Assembly (NCBI GenBank): GCA_050273025.1
Contig: CP158636.1
Span: 4,960,001-5,024,000 of the forward strand
DNA from: Cenococcum geophilum
Taxonomy: Eukaryota
Direction: 5' to 3'
Length of the DNA: 64,000 nt
The notes under the pieces are model-generated. The model saw only the letters and a program-made list of their open reading frames with translations. It had not been told where the DNA came from and did not search any database. Position numbers and translations under genes: made by a program. Shown here one piece after another: positions 1 to 12,076 of this stretch (positions are counted from its first letter, which is position 1; each line of letters starts with the position of its first letter).

Positions 1-193
1 CGATCGAAGGCTCTAATTGATTCGAATCGTTCTCTATGGCCGTTCGCTGGCTGTACATTCGAACAGTGGTCGTCTAGGGTGCCTCCCTAGGAGGTCTTAA
101 TTTGATTTGGTGACGGGCCAATATCGAAGCTTTGGTTCAATTCGATCGATCGATTGAATCGTTCGTGGTGTTCGCTGGCCGGTTATTCGAACG

Positions 194-339
194 GTCGTCG
201 TCTGGCTCTGGTAACGGTCATCTGGTTCTAGCGACGGTCGTCTGGTTCTGGCGACGGTCGTCTGGTTCTGGTAACGGTCGTCTGGTTCTGGCGACGGTCG
301 TCTGGTTCTGGCGACGGTCGTCTGGTTCTGACAACGGTC
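194..339. repeat. 20-bp tandem repeat (GGCGACGGTCGTCTGGTTCT), about 7 units
   Basis: Directly visible; homologous array at 12222-12432. Confidence 0.9.
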
Positions 340-482
340 CTCTGCTAGCTGCCGTTCTGGTGCCTCGCTAGGTAGGGAGGATGTAAGGAAGGAAGGAAGG
401 GTAAAAAATAAGGTGGCTACATAGGGGGTATACTTGGCAAAGGAACGTGTAGAGGCTATCGGGAATATAGCGGGGACCCGAT

Positions 483-653
483 GCAGAGCTTCGTGTAGAG
501 CCTCCGTACGCAGAGCTTCGCGCAGAGCCTCGTGCAGAGCCTCTGTACGTAGAGCTTCGTGTGGAGCTTTGTGCAGAGCTTTGTGCAGAGCCTCTGTACG
601 TAGAGCTTCGTGTAGAGCTTCGTGTAGAGCCTCTGTACGCAGAGCTTCGCGTA
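483..653. repeat. 12-bp minisatellite (AGAGCTTCGTGY) with interspersed longer variants
   Basis: Directly visible; longer homologous array at 12600-13378. Confidence 0.9.
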
Positions 654-690
654 CATAGGTGTCGCTAGGGTCGTTTGGGGGGGGGGGGCG

Positions 691-892
691 TTCCTTTCAG
701 GAGCGTATCAGGATGGTAGGTTCCTTTCAGGAGCGTATCAGGATGGTAGGTTCCTGTCAGGAACGCATCAGGATGGTAGGGTCCTGTCAGGAACGCATCA
801 GGATAATAAGGTCCTGTCAGGAACGCATTAGGAACGCATCAGGATGATAGGGCCCTGTCAGGAACGCATCAGGATGATAGGTTCCTGTCAGG
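691..892. repeat. 30-bp tandem repeat (TCCTGTCAGGAACGCATCAGGATGGTAGGN), about 6.5 units
   Basis: 30-bp period visible; followed by duplicated CAGGACGATCAGGAAAATCAAAA at about 898 and 959. Confidence 0.9.
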
Positions 893-1030
893 ACGATCAG
901 GACGATCAGGAAAATCAAAAGTCCTGCCAGGAGCCTGCCAGGAGCCTGTCAGGACGACCAGGACGATCAGGAAAATCAAAATCCTGTCAGGAGGCCTCCA
1001 GGATCTTGGCACCCCAACAAAATGCTGATG

Positions 1031-1777
1031 CACTCGCGATTGCCTAGCTGGATTCCCTTTAGCCTGCCACGCCTCTCTAAGCCAGTTACAACTAGCTACG
1101 GCGATATCTTGCCCATTATAAAGCCAGTCTCATCAAAATTGTAGGTATCCCCATCCTATATACCGTACGTAGCCTTAGTACGCGCTATAAGCTTAAACTA
1201 GGCCCCTATCCCTTGACACGGCAATTTGGGTCCTCAGGCTATCGATAAGAATCGACCAATCGGAAAAGCTGGGTTAATATAAATATCCAATTGAATCCGG
1301 TCGTCAATATAAGCGAACTTGGCAAAGGACCCTGCCGTGTCAAGGGATAGCCATAGGATCCTCACATAGAGCTCTCTGCCGATCGTAGGGTCGATTAAAT
1401 CGCGTTATAAGGCTGTCTGTTCGCTTGACAAAGGTCTTAGGCCAGTCTCTCCCAACCTGCCCACCAGCGCGCTTCGCCAGCAGCTTATTTGCTATATCTC
1501 GTATAGCGCCCAGAGTAGGCGCAAACCCTCGTAAATCTAGGTCTAGTATATGCCTAACAATCACCTCCTCTTCTAGCTTTGTAAGCTTCTTTGAATTAGG
1601 CTCGCAATCGCGTTAAGCAGTAATTCCGGCGCGTTAGTCGTGTAGCGTGGTTCGAGGGACGTTAAATATTACTGCAGCGCGTTTCTCGCTTTGGATTTGA
1701 CCTCGACTAATAGCTGAGAGGGCAAGGAGGATATCTGCTTCGCTATAAGGCGATCGAGTAGTAATTGGTTGAGCCAT
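1031..1777 (-). pseudogene. Fot1/pogo transposase relic (psq-like HTH, CENP-B HTH, start of DDE domain)
   Basis: MAQPITTRSPYSEADILLALSAI...AAVIFNVPRTTL...KLTKLEEEVIVRHILDLDLRGF...WPKTFVKR...RALCEDP...YNFDETGF; RIP stops; interrupted by MITE; ends near GNRE. Confidence 0.9.
1210..1346. mobile_element. 137-bp MITE with TIR CCCTTGACACGGCA
   Basis: 14-bp perfect TIR plus inner GGGTCCT match; removing it and one AT restores the host transposase frame. Confidence 0.85.
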
Positions 1778-3339
1778 TATTGTTGGAAGGTGACGCGGTA
1801 CAGAAAGTTGGGTGGGGTGTCGGCCCGCCTAGTATGACGGCTCGCTCAGTACGGAGGATTGCGCGAAAATAGATTTCTCCTTCCTTTTTGGGAAAAGCGC
1901 GATTTTGGTGCCAAGACCCCACCAAAAATACCAAAATTTTGACTTCGAGCTTGTAAACAGCAACTCTACACTGACTTTTTGATATAATCTACTCACTTAA
2001 TCGCTTGCAATATCCTCTATACGTCTTCTACGCTTTCTTGAGCCCAAAATGCCTTACTACGGCCTTGCAACGAGAGCGTAGGCCGTAATAATAAGGGCTC
2101 TAGGTACTCCTCTAAAAGCGATTACTTAAGTTACCGGAATTAGCACTAAACACATCGGCAACCTACTAAAAAGGGCAGTAGAGAATAGCTGGTGTGCAGA
2201 TTGGGTCCTCTTTAATAACCACCTTAAGAATAAGCCCGGCCGAGGGCGTAAAAAAAAGATTACCCCTAATCTTAAGTAAAAAGTCGTTAACGCCGTCACG
2301 TGCGATCTTTACGGGCGTAAAAAAAGTACTAGAAGGATTGCTTGTGAAATAGGTCTCTCTACATTATCTATTTAAATAATACTTAAAAAGCACGGCTACC
2401 GTAAGATAAAGCTAATAAGGAAGCCTGGATTAACTATAGCTATAAAGAGCGAATAATATAAGTTTGTATTAGCCCACCGTTATTAGACCTTAGAAGATTA
2501 AAAGGCTATAATTTGGTTAGATAAGACAAGTATTATTTTAGGCCACCATTAAGGGGGCTATTAGGTATAGCGACGTCCTTATAAGGCCTATATACGCAGC
2601 TATATACGAAAATAATAGAAGGGGTACTCCGAGTTTATATTTTAGGGTTGCTTTATATATAACTTTAAAGGCCCTTATTATATTTAGAAGCCTTAAATAA
2701 AGAAAAAATTAGATAAATTAAAATTAATTATTAAGATTTAGAATTAAGCTCTAGAGCTAGAGGTATATAAGGCTTAGAAGAAATAATAAGACGCTAAAAG
2801 GAGAGTATACAAACTATGTTATAATAGGTGTATAAGCGGAGCATATACTAAGTAGAAGTTTACAATATCATACGAAGCTTTTACTTAATTAGACGGATGT
2901 TACGGACGCTTTAAGTACGATATTATGACTACTTAGAGAAGAGTTGGAAGAAGCTAGTTGGTTAATATAGGTACGGACTAGAATGGAACCCGTAGAACTA
3001 TGTGACGAGGAATGGTAAGCGAGTTACATAATGGTTGAACGTATTGGCTGCGTTAAACGTAAGGAACGTCACGTTTAATATAGATAAGACGTATATTACG
3101 TATAAGAAGGATTTTATAGGAGTACGGTTATGTATTTAAGGACCCTTAGTCCCTACCTAGATAGTTCCTTCCTTATAGTAATTCTTAGAATATAATTAGA
3201 GTTAATCTATTAGGTAACTACTCCACTAGTTATTATTATGTTGTTGACTTTTATACTTGTATTCCCTATATACCTAGCCCAATAACGAACCTATTGTAGT
3301 TCTTGCTATAAGGTTCCGTTACACAATTACTACCTAGTT

Positions 3340-6330
3340 ATAGTATTAATATAAGAAGTCGAATAACATACCACTAAAAGCAGCTACTATAACGCTATTA
3401 ATGGTAGCAACTACTTTAAGGATAGGAGGTAACACTAGTATGGTAGATACTAACTTATAGTAACCTATAACGGTCGGATAGCTATAGGAAATAGTTAACT
3501 AGTTAACAGCTAATAATATAGTGTTAGAAGAAAGACTTAATAGGATAGGAGCAGCAAAGATTAAGCTACTATTAATTAAGAGATTTATAGAAGAGAGGTT
3601 AAAGCTTAAAGGATTCCTTACGCAGATACACTTTAAGGTCTTATAGGAGGGAGTAAAGTTACCTATACCCGTGGATCGGATAGCCTATATAGGACTATTC
3701 TTATTAGGGAAAGCACTTAAGTAGTTCGAACCTTACCTTATGGAGATATAGGTAAACGGAATGACGACCACTAACTAAGACGTGCGATTTATATTCTTAA
3801 GTTAGGAAGGATTTGCAGAATAACTTACGTAGATATTTAGAGACTCGGAAGAAACAACTACAGCGGAAAAAAAATTCTAGAACCTCATATAGCGAACTTT
3901 AGCAATTAAGTATATAATATAGTTCCAGACACTAGTAATATAAGTAAAGTGGAATAATAGGGCGCTTATGGTACAGTATAAATAGGGACTTAAGGCTAAA
4001 GTCTAGGACGTGATTATCTTAATAGAAGATACGGAAACCCTAAGGGACCTAATAGATTAGGCGATTAAGATTAACAATCGGATCTACTAAAGGGAATAGG
4101 CTAAGAGAGGCCAGGACAGAGTTCTATAGTCGTATAAGGCGCAGAGTACGTAATAATAAAAGCTAAGTTAGAAACTATGGTATGGCGCAGAGCTAATAGA
4201 CCTAAGTGGTACTAAAGAAGCCTATAAGAGATAGAGTAAGCTATGGAAACCTAGAGGATAAGGATTAAGTAATTAAAGGTTTAAGGAGTAAAGGCTGAAT
4301 TAGGGATCTTAACAGTAGAAGACATTTAGGCGGACTCTATAGTAAGAGAAATAGTTTAAAGAAGGAGCTTATATAAATTGCGGAAAACAGGGTTATTATA
4401 TTAGAGACTGTAGAAGTGGGCAGAGTTACTACGTAGTAAAAGGTATAAGACTAGTAGATGATATATATGTATAAAGGGACGACAATATGCTGCGAGGAAT
4501 AAAAGAATATTTAATTAGAAGTTTTGCGTTTTATTATAATAACGCATACCAAATTTATAAGGACGCTAAGTACGGCGTAAGCTATTAGCTATAGGAGCCA
4601 GCACCTATAGGATGCAGAGGAACCAACGAACTAGTTCGTAGACCGGATATTAAGGACGATGAATTTAACCTAGGCGAAATATTCCGTGATAATAAGGCAA
4701 TAAGGGCCGCTTACTAGAAGCAAGTAGACCTTAGAGATATTATATTAGAGGTAGAGGATGATTCCACTATAGAATAGGGAATATTAGTAGGGATCAAAAC
4801 CCTACTAGACACGATGTCTATCGCTTCGCGAGACGTAAGAGAAGTAGGACAGCAAACCACTTTGGCACTTAATAAAGGCAAAAGGCTAAAGGCTTAAGAT
4901 TCTTAAGATGAGATAAGAGACGACTAAGATTCTTAAGACAAGATAAGGTAAGCTTAAGGACCTATAATAGACAGAAACCGATAGAGCAGAGTAGTAGCTT
5001 AGTTTGGGAATATACGAATGAGCTTAGGACAGAAGTTCCTATAGGCATAAGATTCTTAAGACGAGATAAGTAAGATTTAAGACTCTTAAGATAAGATAAG
5101 AACACTAAGTAAGCCTAGTTAAACTAAGGCTGGAGCCAAGCTTAAGTTAGAAGTAAGCTTAGGATTAAAGAATCTAAGGGATTAAAAATTCGGGGTATAA
5201 ATTAGAACGCCCATAAATAAGAGGCAAGGAGCTTCTTTATAGATTAGAGAATCTATAATATAAACAGTAATTAGACTAGGAGACAGATATATAGACTTAG
5301 AGGACTTATTAGGGGAACACAGTATTCGGCCTAAAGATTAAAAAGTTGATATTAAGATTAAGAAGTAAGATAACTTTAAGGATTAGAGCGTAAGGCGTAA
5401 ACTAAAAGAAACTATGGAAGAATTTAGGTAAAGAATTATTATATAGCAAGAATAGAAACTAGATAGAAGATCTAGTATATTAGGACATATAAAGGACAGA
5501 GTACTAGTATAAAGAATTACTAATAGGCTGAGAGTAGGCATATTAAGGGCCAAGTGGCTTACTAAACTGGAATAAGAAGAGGATCTAGGGATTCCTACTA
5601 GGTTTAAGGAACGATATACTAAAGGCTGTTACAACGCAGTAATAAAGAGATACTTCCTTACGGATAGACCGTATACACTCTAGTAGCTATACCAAAAGTG
5701 GTATAGGCAAAGGCATAATAATAAGTGGGAAGATTTCTATATATAGTTGGATGAAAAGGTTATCCAGGACCACCCGATTATAGAGAAGGCCATAACGTAT
5801 ATTAAAGGAGCCTTAATTATAATGTTAAAGGATCTAGAGGAACATTTAGAGGACTAGAGAAACGAGAGACGCATTTTAGTACCTGCAAATAAAGTTATAA
5901 CGTTTAGATTAGCACGATAAAGGTTTAAACTTAAGGACGAAAATAAGCTAAGAGTTGACCCAAAGCATCTAGTATACTACACGTTATTATAAATTACGTA
6001 CGTAGACGATATGTGCGAAATGTATAAGAATCTAAAAGAAAAGAATCGGAAATACCCTATAAGGATATACTAGATGACGGACAAGCAATAGTATAGAAAT
6101 GCCAAATATATATATAGATGGCATCCAGCAGAGGACCAAGAGGAAGGAAGTTTAGTACTTTAACTAGGAAGATTTCTTATAGAAGAATGCTTAGACGGAC
6201 AATAGTGGTGGAAATGCCTAGAAAACACGTGTCTATAGTATATTAAAGATAAAAAGCGAACTAGGTATTGGCTAAAGAGTAAGCTAAGTGTACTAGGATT
6301 AAGTAGCTAATAGTTAGGAAAAGTAGAGGC
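3340..6330 (+). pseudogene. Gypsy A gag relic with CCHC knuckle and long C-terminal extension
   Basis: Capsid-like region, YxQGLK motif, knuckle at about 4370-4410; ends approximate. Confidence 0.8.
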
Positions 6331-9300
6331 CTATAGAACTAGAGGGAGCTAGTGGTAGAACCTTAGACCCTTAAAGGAATTTAAGGACAACACCTAAATT
6401 TACAAATTAATTGGTAAGATTAGCAGTTTAAAGCGCTAATAGATAGTGGAGTAATATAAAACTATATCTTACTAGCAGTAGTTAAGAGAATGGGGCTACC
6501 TTATAGACAAAAGGAGTAACCTTACCTATTAGTTATGATTTTAGGAGATCTAATAACCTATAGAGGAGGGATTATTAATCTTAAAATAGGACCTATTTAG
6601 ATAACTATTAAAGGGAGACAAATTAAGATGTCTTTTAATATCCTACTATTGGGACGGGACGAGGTAGTATTAAGTATGCCTTAGTTATAGGAATATAATC
6701 TAAGGATTAATTAGATTACGGGTTAGGTCGATATTAGGGATACTTAACGCCGTAAGATGCGATAATAAGCCAAGTTGGTATGGTACTAAGTAGGAGCAAC
6801 CTATAAAGAAATAGAAAAAGGACTAAGTTATATACTAAAGAGATACTACAAGTACGGTAAGAAACTATAGTTACCGGAAAGTAAAAAGCTGTTAAAATAT
6901 GCAGTATAGGATTATAAAATAGAGTTAGAATTAGGAATAAGTCTAAGGTTTTTTCTAATCTATAAGCTTACCGAAGAAGAAGGTAGAGTATTAAAAGAGT
7001 TTGTTTAGGAAAATCTACAAAAGGGATATATTAGACTATCGCAGTTATTAGCGGGTTATCTAGTACTGTTTGTACTAAAGAAGAATGGTAAACTAAGGCT
7101 ATGTATTAACTATAGATAGTTAAATAGCATTACTAGGAAGGATAGGTATCCTTTACCCTTAATTAGCGAAATCTAAGATAGGATAGGTAATGCGTAAATC
7201 TTTATAAAGATAGATCTAAGATGGGCGTACCATTAGATTAGGATTAAGGAAGGTGACGAATAAAAGGCAGCCTTTAGGTTAAAGGAAGGACTATACAAAC
7301 TATTAGTTATATAATTTAGGCTTATAAACGCACTAGTAACGTTCTAGAAGCGTATTAATAATGTATTAGGAGAATACTTAGATGAATTTGTTATAGTATA
7401 TCTTAACGATATTATTATCTACTTAATGACTAAGGAAGAATATAGGGAATACGTTGAATAGGTTTTGAAGAGACTATAGGAAGAACAGATGCTAGTAGCA
7501 ATTAAAAAATGCGAGTTCTTTACTAGGAAGACCGATTTTATTAAATTTATTATTAAACTAGGCTAACTTAGTATAGATCTAAAGAAGATCGAGGCTATAG
7601 TAAATTGGTAGGAACTAGAGAACGTTATATAGTTAAGATTATTTCTAGGGTTTTGTAATTACTGTAGAAGGTTTATAGCGTAGTGGTTAAAGGATATTAA
7701 GCTATTTATGCGATTAATAAAGAAAGAAGAACTATGGGTATAGGGAGAAGAGTAAAGAGAACTCTTTAAGAAAGTTAAAGAGTTATTTACCTAGGAGCTA
7801 GTTCTTAAGATCTATTAACTAGGACTAGAGACGGTTATAGAAATAAATGCATTAGACTATATACTAGGGGCGTGCTTTATATAAAGGTATTAAGATAGAT
7901 AGCACCTAGTAGTATACTATAGTTGGAAGATAACACTATTAGAGTTAAACTATAACATCTATAATAAGGAGTTATTAGGTATAGTTGCAGTATTAAAGGA
8001 ATAAAGAGCATTCTTATAAGGTATAGAGAAACTATTTGTGGTTAAAACGGATTATAAGAACCTAATAGGATTCCTAATAATAAAGGAACTTAACTAAAGA
8101 TAGGTTAGATGGGCAGAGATGCTTATAGAATACTATTTTGAGATTTAGTATACTAAAGGTACAGATAATACGCGGGTAGATGCTCTAAGCCGTAAAGCTA
8201 AACTATAAAATAAGGGAAAGCCATTAGGGGCTTTATTGCGAAAAGATATAGACGGATTGATTAGATATAATTACCCGAAAATTGCAGTAACTTAAGAAGA
8301 CGAGGAACTAGAGAAAGTCTACGAGATATTAGAAAGCTTTTAGGCATAAAGGATTCTAGAAGCACAGCTAGAAGATCTATAGACGGATATATATGAAAAT
8401 TAAGAAGTAAAGTATATCCTAAGAAGCATAGCAAAGTAGTTTATGGAGGACTTCTATAAGGAACTAACTTAAGGATATAATGGAGCTACGGGCTTAGTAT
8501 TGAGACTCTAGGAGGAGTATATTATTAATGGAATCTAGAGGATAGCTAGAAAAGTTATAAAAGAATGTTTAGATTGCTAGAGAAACAAATTAATAAGGCA
8601 TAAGCTATATGGAGGGCTATAACCTGTCGAAATACTAGAGAGACTATAGGAGGTTATATTATAGGACTTTATTATTAAGTTACTAAAGTTAAAAGATCCT
8701 ATCACCAAACAAGATCATGATGTAATCTTAGTGATAGTAGACAAGCTTACGAAGTGGGGATACTTTATAGTATGTATAGAAGAAATCTCAGCAGAAGATA
8801 TTGCTAGAATCTACGTTAAAGAAGTGTTTGTAAGATATGGAGCACTAAGCAAGATTATATTGGATAGAGATCTAAGATTCGTAGCAGTATTCTAGGAAGT
8901 GTTCTTAGCAGAGTAAGGAGTTTGAGTAGCAACTTCTACCGTATATTATCCGCAGATAGACGGTTAAACGGAAAGGTTAAATTAGACGCTAGAGCAGTAT
9001 CTAAGGTATTATATTAATTATATATAGAATAATTGGGTATCGCTATTACCAGTTATATAGTTTACATATAATATAATACCTTAAGAAGGAATAGGTATAT
9101 TACTATTTAAGGCAAATTATGGATATAAGCTAAGAATATTGTTGTTACCACAGTAAGCGAAGAAAATGAGTAGTATAGCTAAAGAAAGAATAAAGATATT
9201 AATAAATCTTTATGTAGACCTTATGGAATTAGCAAAGAAAGTATAAGAAAGAATAAAAAGGTACTATAATGCTAGGAGATCTGAGGGACCAGATCTTAAG

Positions 9301-9732
9301 GAGGGAGATAAAGTATGGCTACTATATAAAAATTTTAAGAGTTGATGACCAAGCAAGAAATTGGACTATATTAGACTAGGACCTTTCGAAATTATATAAA
9401 GGATTTTACCGGTTACGTTTAAGCTAAACCTACTAGCTAAAATGAAGATCTACTCTATACAACACATCGCAATACTAGAGCCGGTATATGGGAATGTTAA
9501 GCCACTGGCTTATAAGGTAGACATATATAGAGGATAAGAAGAAGACGAATGGCAAGTTTTGAAGATTATTAGTTATAAGGACATTGACGACGAAATATGG
9601 TATAAGGTTAAGTAGATAGGCTATACTAAGACTACCTAGGAGCTACTAGAGAATTTGAAGAACGTTATAGGAAAGGTATAAGAGTATCAGAAGAGATTAG
9701 GTTAGGTAGCATTAATAAAGAAGGATTGCTAA
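6330..9732 (+). pseudogene. Gypsy A pol relic (PR-RT-RNaseH-IN-chromodomain)
   Basis: ALIDSG about 6432; YLDDIII about 7400; DGQTER about 8958; GPF about 9378; EWQVLKII..YKVKW.GY..TWEP about 9547-9645. Confidence 0.93.
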
Positions 9733-10319
9733 AGAATAAGTTACCTAAGGGGGACCTAAGAAGAGCAGTTGCCGAACTACTTAGATCTATTTCCTTCTCT
9801 ATTAGAGGAGAATCCGTTCTTTTGTTACCCAGTTCCTACAAACCTTATTAAATAAGCTTTTACTTCTTTAAATAAACCTTCTTATAGATATATTCTAAAC
9901 GCTAAAGACGAGCATAAGCTAGACGCTAGGCTTTAAGGATATATACGGACTCTTCTAAGGCACGCTAAACCTTAAGCAGCGCAGAGGCTAGCTTATTATT
10001 AAGCTTCGCAGCAGCAGATTAAACATAAGACCCTAAGACAAATTAATTAGGGGACTAGACGACTATTAAGAGTAATAGGTCGCATATATTTAGCATTGGA
10101 TGTAAAACGAACGTTATATAATAAGCGTATGTTAGCGTGAATACATTTAAAATAAGAGGAGGGTTAGTAACCGGAAGGACTCGCGATCGCGATGTAACTT
10201 AGCCCCTCTTTCGCATAACGAGAGTAAGGGATTACTATTACTTTACTAAGTAATAGTATTAAGGAGACGGTATAAAGGCGACGCTTAACCTAAAAGAGAG
10301 AAGAAATTGCTTTAGGTAT
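9720..10319 (-). pseudogene. Antisense accessory gene of Gypsy A: Zn2Cys6-like motif, intron, coiled-coil-like segment
   Basis: De-RIP C-x2-C-x6-C-x13-C-x2-C-x8-C at about 10115-10226; putative intron 10033-10087; only one Cys codon survives unmutated. Confidence 0.6.
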
Positions 10320-11999
10320 TATAAGTAATAATATTAACCAAATTAATTAGACGGATATTATACCTCTAGTAAATAATCTAAAGATGCTAGGTATCTTTAA
10401 GGACGAAGATAGAGAGGAGGGAGATGGTGTTACGGACGCTTTAAGTATAATATTATAACTACTTAGAGAAGAGTTAGAAGAAGCTAGTTAGTTAATATAG
10501 GCACGGACTAGGATAGAACCTGTGGAACTATATAACAAGGAATAGTAAGCGAGTCACATAATAGTTAAACGTATTAGCTGCGTTAAACGTAAGGAACATT
10601 ATGTTTAATATAGATAAGACGTATATTACGTATAAGAAGGATTTTATAGGAGTACGGTTGTGTATTTAAGGACCCTTAATCCCTACCTAGATAGTTCCTT
10701 TCTTATAGTAATTCTTAGAATATAATTGGAGTTAATCTGTTAGGCAACCACTCCACTAGTTGTTATTACGTTGTTGACTTTTATACTTGCATTCCCTACA
10801 CACCTAGCCCAATAACGAACCCATCGTAGTTCTTGCTATAAGGTTCCGTTACAACGGAGGCGGAATTAACTAGTAGCAATATTTAACGAATATCTTAATA
10901 CTAAAACTTCTTCCGTTCGCCTAAAGCCTTATATACTTAAATTCTAATATAATTGTATAGGAAGATAAGGCTACTGCTTATATAGCAAAGATTTACTAAA
11001 CCTACTTTAACGCCTATGAGATTTAACGTCTTCTTTAGCTAGGTAATTCGCCTAATCTAAATATAATTAAGCCCTGTTGGGGTTACCTAAAACGGGTTAT
11101 TATAAAAAGGGGCCTACCTACTTCTCGTGCAGCTGCAGAGAAGGCTTAGCTTGGAGCTTAGTAAGATCTTAAGTAGTGGCAAATTTAATAGTAGATCGAG
11201 AGGATCCCTTACTATATTTAAAAGATTATAGAACTTAAAGGAGGTAACGATTATAGAGAGGGAGTAGAGGAGAGGCAGCGAAGTCGGAAGTAGCTCCGTG
11301 AGGCAGCCAATCGTAAGCTTCCTATAATCGTTAAGGTGCTTCAAATAGGCTACGAGATGTTGTGTGATTACTGACGCCTATCTATAATTCTTCCTTCCTA
11401 CACAAAGCCATAGGGAAATTGAGGAAATTACTGAGGAAGAGTGGCAAAAATTAGTTAATATAATTGTTAAGGCCCTGGCTTAATTGTAGATCGACAGCTT
11501 TATAATTAAAGACGCCAAAGGAACAATCGCAATTAGGTAGTTAAACAGGTAGAAAGCCAGGTAGAAAGTCAAGAGTAGTAGAGGTAGTTGAGGCCTCGAA
11601 AACCTCGAAAGCCTGTAGAATATAAGGTGCGATGGAACGAGGTAAATCACGTGAATGTCCAGCGGCAGAACACTATAATTTAGAAGCTATATAGGTGATA
11701 TATTAGTATCAAAAGCTTCAATTAAGTTGACTGAGCTGATTTTTGGTGGGGTCTTGGCACCAAAACCGCGCTTTTCCCAAAAAGGAAGGAGAAATCTATT
11801 TTCGCGCAATCCTCCGTACTTACGTTACAAATTGTAACTATATAAATTATAATTATATTATATAATAACCAAATTATCACATATTTCCATAGATTTCTGT
11901 AGTATACTTTTAAATATATTTATATTATAACTATATAAAATATAGAGCTATCTACTTTGGGCGTCAAGGGGGAAGCCTCTCGCAGAGGCTCTAAATCAT

Positions 12000-12042
12000 C
12001 TACCTACCTACCTGCCTGCCTGCCTACCTGCCTGCCTGCCTA

Positions 12043-12076
<34 letters not shown>

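Larger units (their letters stand above)
2898..10853 (+). mobile_element. Ty3/Gypsy chromovirus (family A), full length
   Basis: 426-bp TG..CA LTRs 2898-3323 and 10428-10853; 5-bp TSD ACGGA; polypurine tract (PPT) before the 3' LTR. Confidence 0.97.
2049..11345 (+). pseudogene. Tc1-like transposase relic, split by Gypsy A at 2898-10853
   Basis: De-RIP motifs PGRGRKKKIT, KPGLT, IWSDE, QED...WPGNSPDLNMIE (34 residues between D and E), GGN; 3' end approximate. Confidence 0.9.
1852..11816 (+). mobile_element. Tc1/mariner DD34E transposon, full length
   Basis: 78-bp TIRs (1852-1929 / 11739-11816, one mismatch); TA TSD at 1850-51 and 11817-18. Confidence 0.95.
1031..11825 (-). mobile_element. Fot1/pogo-type DNA transposon, 3'-truncated, with its 5' TIR split by a Tc1 element
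   Basis: Removing the Tc1 insert restores the terminus TA|ACGTAAGTACTGAGCGAGCCG (minus strand, from 11825); transposase relic follows. Confidence 0.85.

Noticed and set aside
691..892. CRISPR-like periodicity (also 58395-58678)
   Set aside because: The units are contiguous with no unique spacers, there are no cas genes, and the context is eukaryotic.
1003..1013. TCTTGGCACC recurring near 1004, in the Tc1 TIRs and near 23252
   Set aside because: Only about 10 bp in unrelated contexts, with no extended similarity.
132..1047. Short repetitive ORFs
   Set aside because: They are translations of the 20-, 12- and 30-bp arrays.
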